DNA of 64,000 nucleotides from Deltaproteobacteria bacterium GWA2_38_16 (GTDB lineage Bacteria > Bdellovibrionota > JACOXK01 > 2-02-FULL-40-11). The notes beneath the pieces are model-generated. The model saw only the letters and a list, made by a program, of their open reading frames with translations. It was not told the origin of the DNA and made no database searches. The stretch lies in contig MGPE01000009.1 of NCBI GenBank assembly GCA_001797335.1, positions 246 through 64,245 of the forward strand, given 5' to 3'. Position numbers and translations under genes: made by a program. Below are positions 42,522 to 52,256 of the stretch, one piece after another (position 1 is the stretch's first letter; each line of letters opens with the position of its first letter).

Positions 42522-43267
42522 TCTCTCATATGAAACACGCTCCTGCTTCCCAATACCATCTTAAAGACCGCCAAGAGTTTTATGATAAAACATTTAAAAC
42601 CAAAGACATTCAAGATCACCCTTCTAATTACCGCTCCATTTTAAAAATACTAGAGATCCTTCGCTATGCTCAGGATGACCATTTTAAGTTTTTAGATATT
42701 TCCTGTGGCAGCGGAAGACTACTTCAAGAAATAAAAGATCTCACGCTTAAAACCTTTGGAGGAGATTTTTCAAAAACTGCCTTGGATCTTGCTAAAGCAC
42801 GCTGCCCAAAAACAAATTTTATCCTTTTTAATGGTGAAAAACTCCCTTTCAAAAATGATACCTTCTATATGGCTACAAACTGTGGTTCCCTTGAACATTA
42901 TGAACATCCCCAGATGGGAATAAGTGAAATGTCTCGTGTTCTTAAAAAGGGGGGAAAAGCGTTGATTATTGTTCCCAATAGTTTTCAATGGAGACATATT
43001 GTAGAAGTATTTTGGCGAGGCGGGCTAAAAGATTCTTGGCAAACGTATGATTTACATCTTACGAAAAGCGATTGGATAAAACTTATTCAAGAAAATGGTC
43101 TAAAAGTTTTAAAAACGTATAAATTTGAAGATGTCCCAGAGCTCATTCAATGGAACAAGGGACAGATTAAACTAAAATCTTTTAAAAAATTCCTGCGAGA
43201 TCTTTTGGCAAAATACCTATTTCCACTTAATTTTACGAAACAATTCATGTTTTTGTGTGCTAAATAG
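42503..43267 (+). CDS. Class I SAM-dependent methyltransferase.
   Basis: Motif I FLDISCGSGRLL and post-I/II acidic residues. Confidence 0.75.
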   Translation: MVRIFLVSHMKHAPASQYHLKDRQEFYDKTFKTKDIQDHPSNYRSILKILEILRYAQDDHFKFLDISCGSGRLLQEIKDLTLKTFGGDFSKTALDLAKARCPKTNFILFNGEKLPFKNDTFYMATNCGSLEHYEHPQMGISEMSRVLKKGGKALIIVPNSFQWRHIVEVFWRGGLKDSWQTYDLHLTKSDWIKLIQENGLKVLKTYKFEDVPELIQWNKGQIKLKSFKKFLRDLLAKYLFPLNFTKQFMFLCAK

Positions 43268-43276
43268 GACTTCTTA

Positions 43277-43365
43277 GACAGGAGATGTCTTCCTAGTATT
43301 TCTGAGGTAAAGCGCAGGCCTTCGGGGCCGAGCCACGAAGAAATACTAGGAAGACATCTCCTGTC
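43277..43365. repeat. 27-bp perfect inverted repeat, GACAGGAGATGTCTTCCTAGTATTTCT / AGAAATACTAGGAAGACATCTCCTGTC, with a 35-nt spacer containing a GGCC-UUCGG-GGCC sub-hairpin. MITE-like element and/or bidirectional terminator between convergent genes.
   Basis: Read directly. Fills the 108-bp gap between two convergent stop codons. Confidence 0.7.
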
Positions 43366-43375
43366 CTGATGTTTA

Positions 43376-44200
43376 TTAGTCTTGAATTAAGCTTTCATTA
43401 ATGGTGATTTTGGCGTTCTTTTTGAGTTTAGAAAAAAATCCTTCGTAAATTTCCTTTTGTTTTTGCACACGAATTTGATTCTCAAGCCTTCTCTTATCTG
43501 CACTTTTAAAATCGCGCACCCCGGTGAGTTTAATAATATGATAGCCATATTTGGTTCTCACCAGATCACTCACATCCCCTACTTTTTTAAGCTTAAAAGC
43601 AACTTCAGAAAATTCTGGAACCATACTGTCCCTCGTAAAAAAATCCAAATCTCCTCCATTTTTAGCCGAGGGACCTTCAGAATATTTTTTAGCAAGCTCC
43701 GTAAAATCTTCCCCTTTTTTAATTTTATCCAAAATCTCTTGTGCTTTTTTCTTTATCTCTTCTTCTTTTTTGGCATCGGCATTGGCTTCTAACTTAAATA
43801 AAATATGACTGGCCCGAATTTCTGGACTTTCTTTAAAAGATTTTTTTAAATCTCTATCTGAAATTTTAATTTTATCAAATTGCCCATAGACTTCTTTTTC
43901 TAAAAGATGCTGAGATAAAAGTACTTTATAGTCGTATTTCATTTTTTCTTCATTGGAAACACCTTGCTTCATAGCTTCTTGAGAAGAAACTTCTAAATCA
44001 ATTAGATTTTTTAAAAATTCTTTTTTGGGCATTTTAAATTTAAACCGCTCCACATACCAATTATATCGCTGATTAAATTGCTCAAGCGTAATGGCTTGCC
44101 CATTCACTTCTGCAACTACTTGAGTGGGTTTAGCCGCTTGAGCAGAACTCATCGCCCCTATTAGAAATAATCCCAAAATATAGTGAAATCTATTTTTCAT
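43376..44200 (-). CDS. Parvulin-type peptidyl-prolyl cis-trans isomerase with SurA/PrsA-like N-terminal chaperone region.
   Basis: Signal peptide. PpiC domain ...ASHILFKL...GGDLDFFTRDSMVPEF...YGYHIIKL. Confidence 0.8.
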   Translation of the reverse strand: MKNRFHYILGLFLIGAMSSAQAAKPTQVVAEVNGQAITLEQFNQRYNWYVERFKFKMPKKEFLKNLIDLEVSSQEAMKQGVSNEEKMKYDYKVLLSQHLLEKEVYGQFDKIKISDRDLKKSFKESPEIRASHILFKLEANADAKKEEEIKKKAQEILDKIKKGEDFTELAKKYSEGPSAKNGGDLDFFTRDSMVPEFSEVAFKLKKVGDVSDLVRTKYGYHIIKLTGVRDFKSADKRRLENQIRVQKQKEIYEGFFSKLKKNAKITINESLIQD

Positions 44201-45522
44201 GTTTCATGCTCCTTCGACATCAACCTATTAAACCTAAGGCTTAAAAGCAATCCCTTTAGTCCTGTCGATATAGAAATGGCCCACCAAATGGAAGACACAC
44301 CAAAACCACACATATTTACAAAAAAATATGCCAGCGGATATCGCCCCAGAGTGAGGGGAATAGAAATAAGCATATAAGGACGCGTTTTCCCTATTCCATT
44401 AAAAGCCCCTTCAAAAATCATCTCCCATCCTAAAAAAAGTTCTAAAATTCCAATGATTCTTAAATACGAAGCGCCGAACGAGATCACCTGGGGATCATTG
44501 GCGCCAAAACGTACTAAAAATTCTGGAATGAGAAGAAACATCAGGCTTAAAGGAATAATGACCGCGGTAATTAAAAATCGCCCTTCATAAGCAATACGTT
44601 TCACCATTTCAAAATCTCGTCTACCCGTGTTTTGTCCCACTAAGGTTGAAACAGCGGTTGAAAATCCACCTGCAGCAAAATAGGCAAAGCCTTCTACCCG
44701 ATGTGCTACCGTCACTCCAGCTAAAGGCTCCATCCCAAAACGAGTAATAATCGTAGACAGTAGGGGATAAACCATAGACCAAATGACTCGTGCAGAGGCA
44801 GTTGGAATTCCAATACTTAAAATTTTATAAAAATATGTTGTGCTAAACGTAAAAAATGTTTTTAAAGAATCAATATAGTTTTTTCGTCTTAAAAACCAAA
44901 AACGCAAAAAGAGACTTAAAAAGAAACTTAAAACTGTAGCAAAAGAAGCCCCACTCACTCCCCATTTAGGAAAAGGTCCCCACCCAAAAATAAAAAAGGG
45001 ATCTAAAATCGCATTTAAAACCAAGGCCACAGATAAAATTCCCACGGCTGTTTTTGAATCTCCATGGGCATAAAAAATTTGCCCCGTAAGCATAAAAATA
45101 TAAAAAATAGGAAGTCCCAAAATAATGACTTTAAAATAATTATACCCTGCCTGAAAGGCCGAGGGATTAAGCCCCATCCAAAGAAGTAGTGAAGGAGTTA
45201 CACAAAATAAAAGGAGCATTAAAAAAAGTGCAATGAAAAGACTCAACTGAATGGCTTCTCTGGCCACATCAAATGCCATTTTTTGATTTTTAGCCCCAAC
45301 CGCTTGAGAGATAAGACTGCTGCATCCCACATAAGTGACTCCCATAAAGGATCCCAAGGCCCAATCTAAAAATCCAGCAGATGCCACTCCAGCTACCGTA
45401 TCTGTGCCCAAGGAAGAAATCCAAAAAATATCGATAATATCAAATAGTAAAAATCCTAAATTGCCAATAAATACAGGAATAGCAATTCGAATCATTTCTT
45501 TATGTAATTCTTTATTGGTCAT
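44197..45522 (-). CDS. MATE family efflux transporter.
   Basis: 12-TM topology and size of about 440 aa, with typical MATE duplicated halves. Confidence 0.8.
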   Translation of the reverse strand: MTNKELHKEMIRIAIPVFIGNLGFLLFDIIDIFWISSLGTDTVAGVASAGFLDWALGSFMGVTYVGCSSLISQAVGAKNQKMAFDVAREAIQLSLFIALFLMLLLFCVTPSLLLWMGLNPSAFQAGYNYFKVIILGLPIFYIFMLTGQIFYAHGDSKTAVGILSVALVLNAILDPFFIFGWGPFPKWGVSGASFATVLSFFLSLFLRFWFLRRKNYIDSLKTFFTFSTTYFYKILSIGIPTASARVIWSMVYPLLSTIITRFGMEPLAGVTVAHRVEGFAYFAAGGFSTAVSTLVGQNTGRRDFEMVKRIAYEGRFLITAVIIPLSLMFLLIPEFLVRFGANDPQVISFGASYLRIIGILELFLGWEMIFEGAFNGIGKTRPYMLISIPLTLGRYPLAYFFVNMCGFGVSSIWWAISISTGLKGLLLSLRFNRLMSKEHET

Positions 45523-45525
45523 GGA

Positions 45526-48500
45526 TTAAATAACACTCGTTAAGTTTCTAACGAAGGGCAGAATATGTTTCCAGTCCTCTAGATATGCAACAAATTTATT
45601 ATCCACTTTTAATTGATAGTGCTTTGGATCTTTTTTAATGAAGGTAAGTAAAACTTGAGGATCTAATGGGGTTGTCTCAGAAAATGTTAGCACCGCTTTT
45701 TGATTTCCAAAATCAAGAGCTTTTACATGTAATTTTTTTAAATAAAACTTGATCGCCATCAGTTCAAAGAGATTATATACTTGGGAAGGAAGTTCACCAA
45801 AGCGATCTTTCATTTCTGCTTCAATATCTTGAAGTTCTTCTTCAGATTCCAGAGAGGCCAACTGTCGATAAAAAGAAATTTTATCTCCCATTTCTGAAAT
45901 ATAATCTTGGGGTATATAAGCAGCAATTTTAATATTCATTTCAGGCTCAATAGCTTCTTTGATGTCTTCTCCCTTTAATTCCCGAACGGTTTCTTCTAAA
46001 AGATCCGTATAAAGTTCAAATCCAATAGCTGAAATCATACCGGACTGATCTTTTCCTAAAATATTTCCTCCACCTCTAATTTCTAAATCGTGACTGGCAA
46101 TTTTAAATCCAGATCCCAGTTCCGAGGCTCCTTGAATTACTTGAAGACGTTTCTTGGCATCGTCCGATAATCGCCCTTCTTCCGGAATTAAAAGATACGC
46201 ATAGGCTCGTTCTCGTGAGCGCCCTACTCTGCCTCGAAGTTGATAGAGCTGTGCCAACCCAAAAGTATCGGCTCGATCAATAATAATGGTATTGGCAGAT
46301 GGAATATCAATTCCACTCCCAACAATGGTAGTACAGACTAATACTTGAAATTCTTTATTTAAAAAATCGAGCATGATTTTTTCAATTGATGATTCTTTCA
46401 TTTGCCCATGCGCAAAATGAATTTTGGCCTCCGGGACGAGCTTTTGAAGATGTTTGGTCACACCCGCAATGGTTTCTACCCGATTATGAATAAAAAAGAC
46501 TTGCCCTCCTCGATGAATCTCTTGAAGCAGGGCTTCTCGAATGGTTTCATCATTAAACTGCGTCAAATAGGTTCGAATAGAAAGCCGATCTTGCGGAGGG
46601 GTATTAATAATACTGATATCTCGAATTCCCAATAGTGCCATGTGAAGAGTCCGAGGAATGGGGGTGGCTGAAAGTGTTAAAACATCCAGTGTTTTTTTTA
46701 TTTTTTTAATTTTTTCTTTATGTACCACTCCAAAACGCTGCTCTTCATCGATAATAAGAAGTCCCAAATCAAAAAATTCCACATCAGAAGATAAAAGTCT
46801 GTGGGTTCCAATAATAATATCGACTTCTCCCTTTTTTAATTTTTGAACGGTTTTAAGTTGTTCTTTTTTATTTTTAAATCGGCTTAATGCATCAACCGTC
46901 ACCGGAAATTGTTCCAGGCGCTTCATAAATACACGATGGTGTTGATCTACAAGCAACGTCGTGGGTGCTAAAACAGCTACTTGTTTTTTATCCATCACCG
47001 CTTTAAAAGCCGCTCGGATGGCCACTTCTGTTTTTCCATATCCCACATCGCCACAAATAATTCGATCCATGGGTTTAGAAGAACACATGTCAGAAAGTAC
47101 TTCTTCAATGGCTTTAAACTGATCAGTCGTTTCTTCATACGGAAAGGTGGCTTCTAACTCATGAAAATAAGAATCTGCTGGGCCAAACGAAAAACCATTA
47201 TACGTTTTTCGCGTGGCATAAATATTTAAAAGTTCATGAGCAATTTCTTGAATCCCTTGTTTTACTTTTTTCTTTGTCTTAATCCATTCCTTGCCGCCCA
47301 GTTTATCTAAATTAACTTTATTTTTATCTGCACCCGAATAACGATTAACGACATTAAGCCGATGCACTGGTAAATACAGTTTATCCCCTCCAGCATATTC
47401 AATAACCATGTAATCGCTTTCATGTTCATCAATTTTAAGACGAGTCAACCCTTGGTAAAGCCCAATCCCATGATCCACATGAACCAGGGGATCCCCAACG
47501 ATAAGTTCAGCTAAATTGGTAACAAAGGGGGCTTTTTTAGAAATGGAAATTTTAGGAATTTTCTTTCTCTCTCCAAAAATTTCTTCTTCCGCTATAAACA
47601 TTATTTTTTCTTCTTCAAATCGAAATCCCTTGGAAAGAATTCCAGACACCAACACCACATCGTACATTAAAAAAGATTGATCTTGCTTTGCTTGAGCTAT
47701 GGATTCCATCGAAAACACACTCTTTAATTCAAAAAATCTAAGCCCATAATGCTCCATAAGTTCTCGAAAGCGTTTTCGTTGTACCTGAGTATGTGCCACA
47801 AAGAAGATGGCCCATCCTTCTTGTCTTAAAGATTTTAATTTGACAGCCAAAGGATGAAGAATTTCAAGACTGGTTATTTTAAGACGTTTTAAATCGTGGC
47901 GAATGTCATCATTGTCCTGGGTTTTTAACGCAAGGACCGAAGATTTTCCTTCTAAAAATTCTAAAGGAGAAATATTCCAATACGGTTGAGGTAAAATCTT
48001 CTTCGCCCACTCTTCAGAGGGCACATAAAACTCTGCTACTTTACAAGATATGCGTCCTTGCTCAATGGCCTTTTCATAGTCCAACTGACATTCTTTCTCA
48101 AATTCTTCTAAGTTTTTTTGAATGGCAGTTTTATCAAGATAAACCACATTAAAAGAATCTGAAAAATAATCTAAAAAATGATCTGTTTTTGAGTAGAAAA
48201 AAGGAAGATAGTAATCAACCCCTGGAAAATAAACACGATGTTCTAAATACTCTACAATCTGATCCCGTTTTAGCTTAGCCACTCCCATTTCATCCGCACT
48301 TTGTTTCACTCGATCCATGGCCAACTGTTGAGTGGTTTTGGTATAAATAATTTCTCGAACGGGAATAATAGAAACTTGAGAAACTTCCTCTTCAGATCGC
48401 TGAGAGGAAGCATCAAACAACCGAATGGTTTCAATAATATCGCCTAAAAACTCTAGTCGAAAAGGATTTTGGGTTAAAGGCGGGAAAATATCTACAATTC

Positions 48501-48984
48501 CCCCACGCACTGAAAACGTCCCCCGATCTTCTACGGTTGTTACCCGGCTATACCCACTTTCTATGAGTTTTAAAAACAATTGATCTCGGTTTATTTCTTC
48601 TTCTTTTTTTAAAAAGACCGTTTGCTCCATCAGCATTTCTTGGGGGATTAATCGCTGAGACAAAGCCTCAATCGTGGTCACCACACACATGTCTTTACGT
48701 TGAAGCAATCGATATAAAATTTCTAGCCGGGCAATGACGATATCTGGATGGGGTGAAAAAGTATCAAAGGGATGAGGTTCCCAGGCTGGGAAATAACCCA
48801 CTTCTTCTTTACGCTGCGGAGAAAAAAATAAAAAATCCGCTACAAGTTCTTCAGCCTGTATAGAAGAATTGGCAATGATTAAAAGCGCTTTTTTTCTGTC
48901 ATCCCGAGACGAAGACGAGGGATCTCTTAGAAATTTGGAGAGCCAATAAGATACACTTCCCCCCTTTAATCCACTAACAACCAC
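45526..48984 (-). CDS. mfd: Transcription-repair coupling factor Mfd.
   Basis: 1152 aa. SF2 helicase motifs GDVGYGKTEVA, DEEQRFG and QLRGRVGR. UvrB-homology N-terminal region. TRG and C-terminal domain. Confidence 0.95.
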   Translation of the reverse strand: MVVSGLKGGSVSYWLSKFLRDPSSSSRDDRKKALLIIANSSIQAEELVADFLFFSPQRKEEVGYFPAWEPHPFDTFSPHPDIVIARLEILYRLLQRKDMCVVTTIEALSQRLIPQEMLMEQTVFLKKEEEINRDQLFLKLIESGYSRVTTVEDRGTFSVRGGIVDIFPPLTQNPFRLEFLGDIIETIRLFDASSQRSEEEVSQVSIIPVREIIYTKTTQQLAMDRVKQSADEMGVAKLKRDQIVEYLEHRVYFPGVDYYLPFFYSKTDHFLDYFSDSFNVVYLDKTAIQKNLEEFEKECQLDYEKAIEQGRISCKVAEFYVPSEEWAKKILPQPYWNISPLEFLEGKSSVLALKTQDNDDIRHDLKRLKITSLEILHPLAVKLKSLRQEGWAIFFVAHTQVQRKRFRELMEHYGLRFFELKSVFSMESIAQAKQDQSFLMYDVVLVSGILSKGFRFEEEKIMFIAEEEIFGERKKIPKISISKKAPFVTNLAELIVGDPLVHVDHGIGLYQGLTRLKIDEHESDYMVIEYAGGDKLYLPVHRLNVVNRYSGADKNKVNLDKLGGKEWIKTKKKVKQGIQEIAHELLNIYATRKTYNGFSFGPADSYFHELEATFPYEETTDQFKAIEEVLSDMCSSKPMDRIICGDVGYGKTEVAIRAAFKAVMDKKQVAVLAPTTLLVDQHHRVFMKRLEQFPVTVDALSRFKNKKEQLKTVQKLKKGEVDIIIGTHRLLSSDVEFFDLGLLIIDEEQRFGVVHKEKIKKIKKTLDVLTLSATPIPRTLHMALLGIRDISIINTPPQDRLSIRTYLTQFNDETIREALLQEIHRGGQVFFIHNRVETIAGVTKHLQKLVPEAKIHFAHGQMKESSIEKIMLDFLNKEFQVLVCTTIVGSGIDIPSANTIIIDRADTFGLAQLYQLRGRVGRSRERAYAYLLIPEEGRLSDDAKKRLQVIQGASELGSGFKIASHDLEIRGGGNILGKDQSGMISAIGFELYTDLLEETVRELKGEDIKEAIEPEMNIKIAAYIPQDYISEMGDKISFYRQLASLESEEELQDIEAEMKDRFGELPSQVYNLFELMAIKFYLKKLHVKALDFGNQKAVLTFSETTPLDPQVLLTFIKKDPKHYQLKVDNKFVAYLEDWKHILPFVRNLTSVI

Positions 48985-49060
48985 CCCTGCCGTATCTTTT
49001 TTGTTCTCCAGATAAGTTCATTTTTAACAAAATTGGCCGTAGTTATCCAGTTGAAAGTTA

Positions 49061-49090
49061 TTGACTCGGACTCCCCTTCTATCTGATAAT
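49061..49090 (+). promoter_or_regulatory. Candidate sigma70 promoter, TTGACT-N17-TGATAAT, for the DsbA-like gene.
   Basis: Hexamers read directly, with an extended -10 TG. Confidence 0.35.
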
Positions 49091-49100
49091 GTTTTTTACT

Positions 49101-50141
49101 ATGAAAAAAACACTCTTTATTTTCTCTTTCCTATGGTTTCTTTCCTCTCACCTGTCTTTGGCAGAGGAAGCGACAAAAACCGATGCTTCTTGTGAAGGCA
49201 CTCCTGAAAAGGTAGTCGCCGAAGTCTATGGACGAAAAATCACCGAAGCCGAAGTTCAAAAGGAATTAAGCATTGATCTTTATGAACTTCAAAAAAATAT
49301 TTATAGCCTAAAGAAACGAAAACTCGATGAAATGATCGGCAATATTGTCTTAGAAAAAGAAGCCGCCCGTAAAAAAATCTCTGTCCAAGACCTTCTTGAA
49401 AAAGAAGTTCAACGAAATATTAAAAAAGTATCTGATAAAGATATTGATAAATTTTATAACCAACAAAAAGAATATTTAAAAGGCACCAAAGAACAATACT
49501 CTGAAAGAATTAAAAGTTTTCTGCAAAATGAACGCTATAATGAAGCACTCCAAAAATACTTAGACCGGTTAAAAAATCAAGCCAGAGCTAAAGTATATTT
49601 AGATAAACCCGAACGTCCTAGAATTGCTTTAAATCTTACCCCTGCACCCTTGTATGGAAAAGAAAATGCTAAAGTAAAAATAGTAGAATTTTCTGATTTT
49701 GAATGCCCTTTTTGCAGTGGGTTAGTCAAAACTTTAGATAAAGTGCTCAAAAAATATGGGCATACCGTAAACTTAACTTTTAAAGCCTTCCCTTTGAGTC
49801 GTCATCCCAATGCACCGCTGGCGCATCAGGCTTCTTTGTGTGCACATGACCAAGAAAAGTTTTGGCCTTATCATGATAAACTTTTTGAAAACCAACAGGC
49901 TTTGGATCGTACCAATCTTGAAAAACATGCAGAGTCCCTAAAGCTCGATATGACTAAATTTAAGCAATGCTTAGATAGTGGAGAAAAATTTGCCAAAGTC
50001 CAAAAAGAGATGTTGGAAGCTCAAGAAGCCGGGGTGAGATCCACTCCCACACTTTTTGTAAATGGAAAAATTTTAGTAGGCAATCTCCCTCAAGAAGCCA
50101 TTGAAGAAGTCATTAATGAAGAACTCGCCGCAAAGAAATAA
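49101..50141 (+). CDS. Secreted DsbA-family thiol:disulfide oxidoreductase with an N-terminal coiled-coil/SurA-N-like region. The ORF track start at 49089 is two Mets upstream.
   Basis: Signal peptide MKKTLFIFSFLWFLSSHLSLA. Thioredoxin-fold active site CPFC (FSDFECPFCSG). Confidence 0.8.
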   Translation: MKKTLFIFSFLWFLSSHLSLAEEATKTDASCEGTPEKVVAEVYGRKITEAEVQKELSIDLYELQKNIYSLKKRKLDEMIGNIVLEKEAARKKISVQDLLEKEVQRNIKKVSDKDIDKFYNQQKEYLKGTKEQYSERIKSFLQNERYNEALQKYLDRLKNQARAKVYLDKPERPRIALNLTPAPLYGKENAKVKIVEFSDFECPFCSGLVKTLDKVLKKYGHTVNLTFKAFPLSRHPNAPLAHQASLCAHDQEKFWPYHDKLFENQQALDRTNLEKHAESLKLDMTKFKQCLDSGEKFAKVQKEMLEAQEAGVRSTPTLFVNGKILVGNLPQEAIEEVINEELAAKK

Positions 50142-50191
50142 ACACCCCAACCATACTTGACTAGTCTGTCTAGGTATGAGATACTACTGTC

Positions 50192-50452
50192 ATGGCCAGA
50201 AATTATTCTATTTATGAAGCTAAAGCACACTTAAGTAAGCTGCTTCGCATTGTAAAGCAGGGGCATACGGTAACCGTATCTGAACGAGGAAAACCGATTG
50301 CAAAAGTTATTCCCATTTCTGAGGGAGAATCTGCTCTCAAGCGACTTAAAAATCTAGAAGAATGTGGCCTACTCATTCGCGCCAAATCCAAAACGTTTCC
50401 TAAGGGGACCAAAGTTTTAGGTGGCCTCGAAAGATTCCTGGAAGATCGATGA
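50192..50452 (+). CDS. Type II antitoxin, Phd/YefM family.
   Basis: MARNYSIYEAKAHLSKLLRIVKQGHTVTVSERGKPIAKVIPI matches the Phd/YefM N-terminal pattern. 4-nt overlap (ATGA) with the downstream PIN toxin. Confidence 0.8.
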   Translation: MARNYSIYEAKAHLSKLLRIVKQGHTVTVSERGKPIAKVIPISEGESALKRLKNLEECGLLIRAKSKTFPKGTKVLGGLERFLEDR

Positions 50453-50838
50453 ACGTCCTCTATTGTGATAGCTCAGCCATCGTCTGCCTTTTACTCGAAG
50501 AAGAAGCCCATGCTACCTATCGTCAATATCTTAAAAAGGCAGATGAAATTATCAGCTCCAATTTGATTGAGGCTGAAATTCTAGCAGTTGCAACCCGAGA
50601 AAAAATAAATCCATCGAAAGCTTCCCTATTTATTGAACCTATCACCATGATTACACCTGATCGAAGCCTTGCACTGGAGTATCAACAAATTTTTAAAATA
50701 GACTATTGTAGAGGCGCAGATGCTTATCATTTAGCCTGTGCATTATATTTAGATCCTCGCGCCAAAGAACTTCTTTTCTTAACAGCAGATCAACGTCAAA
50801 AAAAAATTGCACATAAGTTGGGTTTTCAAACCATTTAG
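50449..50838 (+). CDS. vapC: Type II toxin VapC (PIN-domain ribonuclease).
   Basis: PIN acidic residues: D in YCDSS, E in IEAEIL, D in GADAYHLA, D in TADQ. About 130 aa. Confidence 0.8.
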   Translation: MNVLYCDSSAIVCLLLEEEAHATYRQYLKKADEIISSNLIEAEILAVATREKINPSKASLFIEPITMITPDRSLALEYQQIFKIDYCRGADAYHLACALYLDPRAKELLFLTADQRQKKIAHKLGFQTI

Positions 50839-51779
50839 TCCGCACGCCTCATTAAATAAGCAAAAATAGCATCGGTTAAATGATAGCGAAAAGAGGATGG
50901 GGTATTGCTAGATGGCGATTCTAAGACCGTATCGGCATGATCGGCATCTATAATTCCCAAATCTGTTCCCACATTTAATAGTTTTTGCCGCTGAACTGTT
51001 ACCATTCCATCATTGTCACCAAAAGTATCTAAATATTTTGCTCCCCAACCAATTCCAATAGACATCCCTACTTTTTGGCTGGTTCGTAAAAAATAAATAG
51101 GGACGGGATGCCTGGCTAAAGCATCAATAACCTCTTTAGAAAAAATTCGATCAGACTCGTACGTGGTTAGGGATTTTAACCCTTCTTCCCCAAAAGGGAA
51201 AAAATTAACCAAAGAATTTTTCTCTTCGGCTCGGGAAGGATCCCCCATAAAAAAATCAGCTATTTCACTTCCAAAAGCAGCTTGAATCGTAAGCACAGCG
51301 GCTATCATCTGAGAAGTTTTTTGAGGTTCATGATACAGCATCTTTAAAACTTCCGGCCCTCCCTTGCTATGAGCCATCATGATGAGTTTTTTATGATGTC
51401 TTTCATAAATTTCTTGGCTTTGTTTGAGAAGAATTCCTGCATTTTCTTCAACAGAATTGCTTGAACTGGGTCTTAAAATATAGACTTCCTCACCGGGAAC
51501 ATATTCTTTTAATCGATCACGATTATCTCCAAAATATCGGCCCATCCAACCGGCTCCTTCATTTAAAAAGCCAGTCACAAATATCCACACATAACGCTGA
51601 CTAATTTCCTTATCTTCTTCCGTAATTTCTAAAGATCCTTTTTGGGCATTTTCATATAATTTTTGAAAGTCAGGCGTTTTTTCTTGTGCCACCAAAGTCA
51701 CACTTAAAAGCAATATAAAAATACACACGAATTTATTCATCCCGGGCATCTTACTTTTAGTGAACTTCATTGACAACAT
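50835..51779 (-). CDS. Secreted alpha/beta hydrolase. Putative lipase/esterase, LCAT/PGAP1-like.
   Basis: Signal peptide. GxSxG-type nucleophile elbow AHSKGG. Later Asp and His candidates. Confidence 0.55.
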   Translation of the reverse strand: MLSMKFTKSKMPGMNKFVCIFILLLSVTLVAQEKTPDFQKLYENAQKGSLEITEEDKEISQRYVWIFVTGFLNEGAGWMGRYFGDNRDRLKEYVPGEEVYILRPSSSNSVEENAGILLKQSQEIYERHHKKLIMMAHSKGGPEVLKMLYHEPQKTSQMIAAVLTIQAAFGSEIADFFMGDPSRAEEKNSLVNFFPFGEEGLKSLTTYESDRIFSKEVIDALARHPVPIYFLRTSQKVGMSIGIGWGAKYLDTFGDNDGMVTVQRQKLLNVGTDLGIIDADHADTVLESPSSNTPSSFRYHLTDAIFAYLMRRAD

Positions 51780-51824
51780 TTTTTACTTACGTTACATCCG
51801 GAGGAAGAGGCCAAAGAAATACCC

Positions 51825-52256
51825 ATGTATACGCAATTTACAACCATTCTTCTCTTCTTAATCATTGGTGCTTGTATGGTTCCTCTTATTCTTTTGGTAG
51901 GCCGATATCTCCGCCCGGCCAATCCGGATCCTAAAAAACTATCTACCTATGAGTGCGGGGAACTTCCTAAAGGAAACTCTTGGGTTCAATTTAATTTACG
52001 ATTTTATGTGATCGCCATTTTATTTTTGATTTTTGATGTTGAAATTGCCTTTATGTTTCCAGTGGCTGTAACATTTCGTCAATGGGTTACTTCTTCTCAA
52101 GCCAAAGGAGTGCTCATTTTTAGTGAAATTATTCTTTTTATTGCTATTTTACTAATTGGATTTGTCTACGCCTGGACAAAAGGCGATTTTGAATGGATTA
52201 AGGGTTTACAAAAAAAACAAATAGATCCCCGCTTTCGCGGGGATGACTTAAAATGA
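51825..52256 (+). CDS. nuoA: NADH-quinone oxidoreductase subunit A (ND3).
   Basis: YECGELPKG...LRFYVIAILFLIFDVEIAFMFP signature. The C-terminal residues DPRFRGDDLK are encoded by a REP-like element. Confidence 0.9.
   Translation: MYTQFTTILLFLIIGACMVPLILLVGRYLRPANPDPKKLSTYECGELPKGNSWVQFNLRFYVIAILFLIFDVEIAFMFPVAVTFRQWVTSSQAKGVLIFSEIILFIAILLIGFVYAWTKGDFEWIKGLQKKQIDPRFRGDDLK
52223..52247 (+). repeat. REP-like hairpin, copy C: AGATCCCCGCTTTCGCGGGGATGAC. It overlaps the nuoA 3' end and lies 5 nt before the nuoH ATG.
   Basis: Stem CCCCGC/GCGGGG with TTTC loop. Same family as the copies at 34564, 34682 and 19089. Confidence 0.6.
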
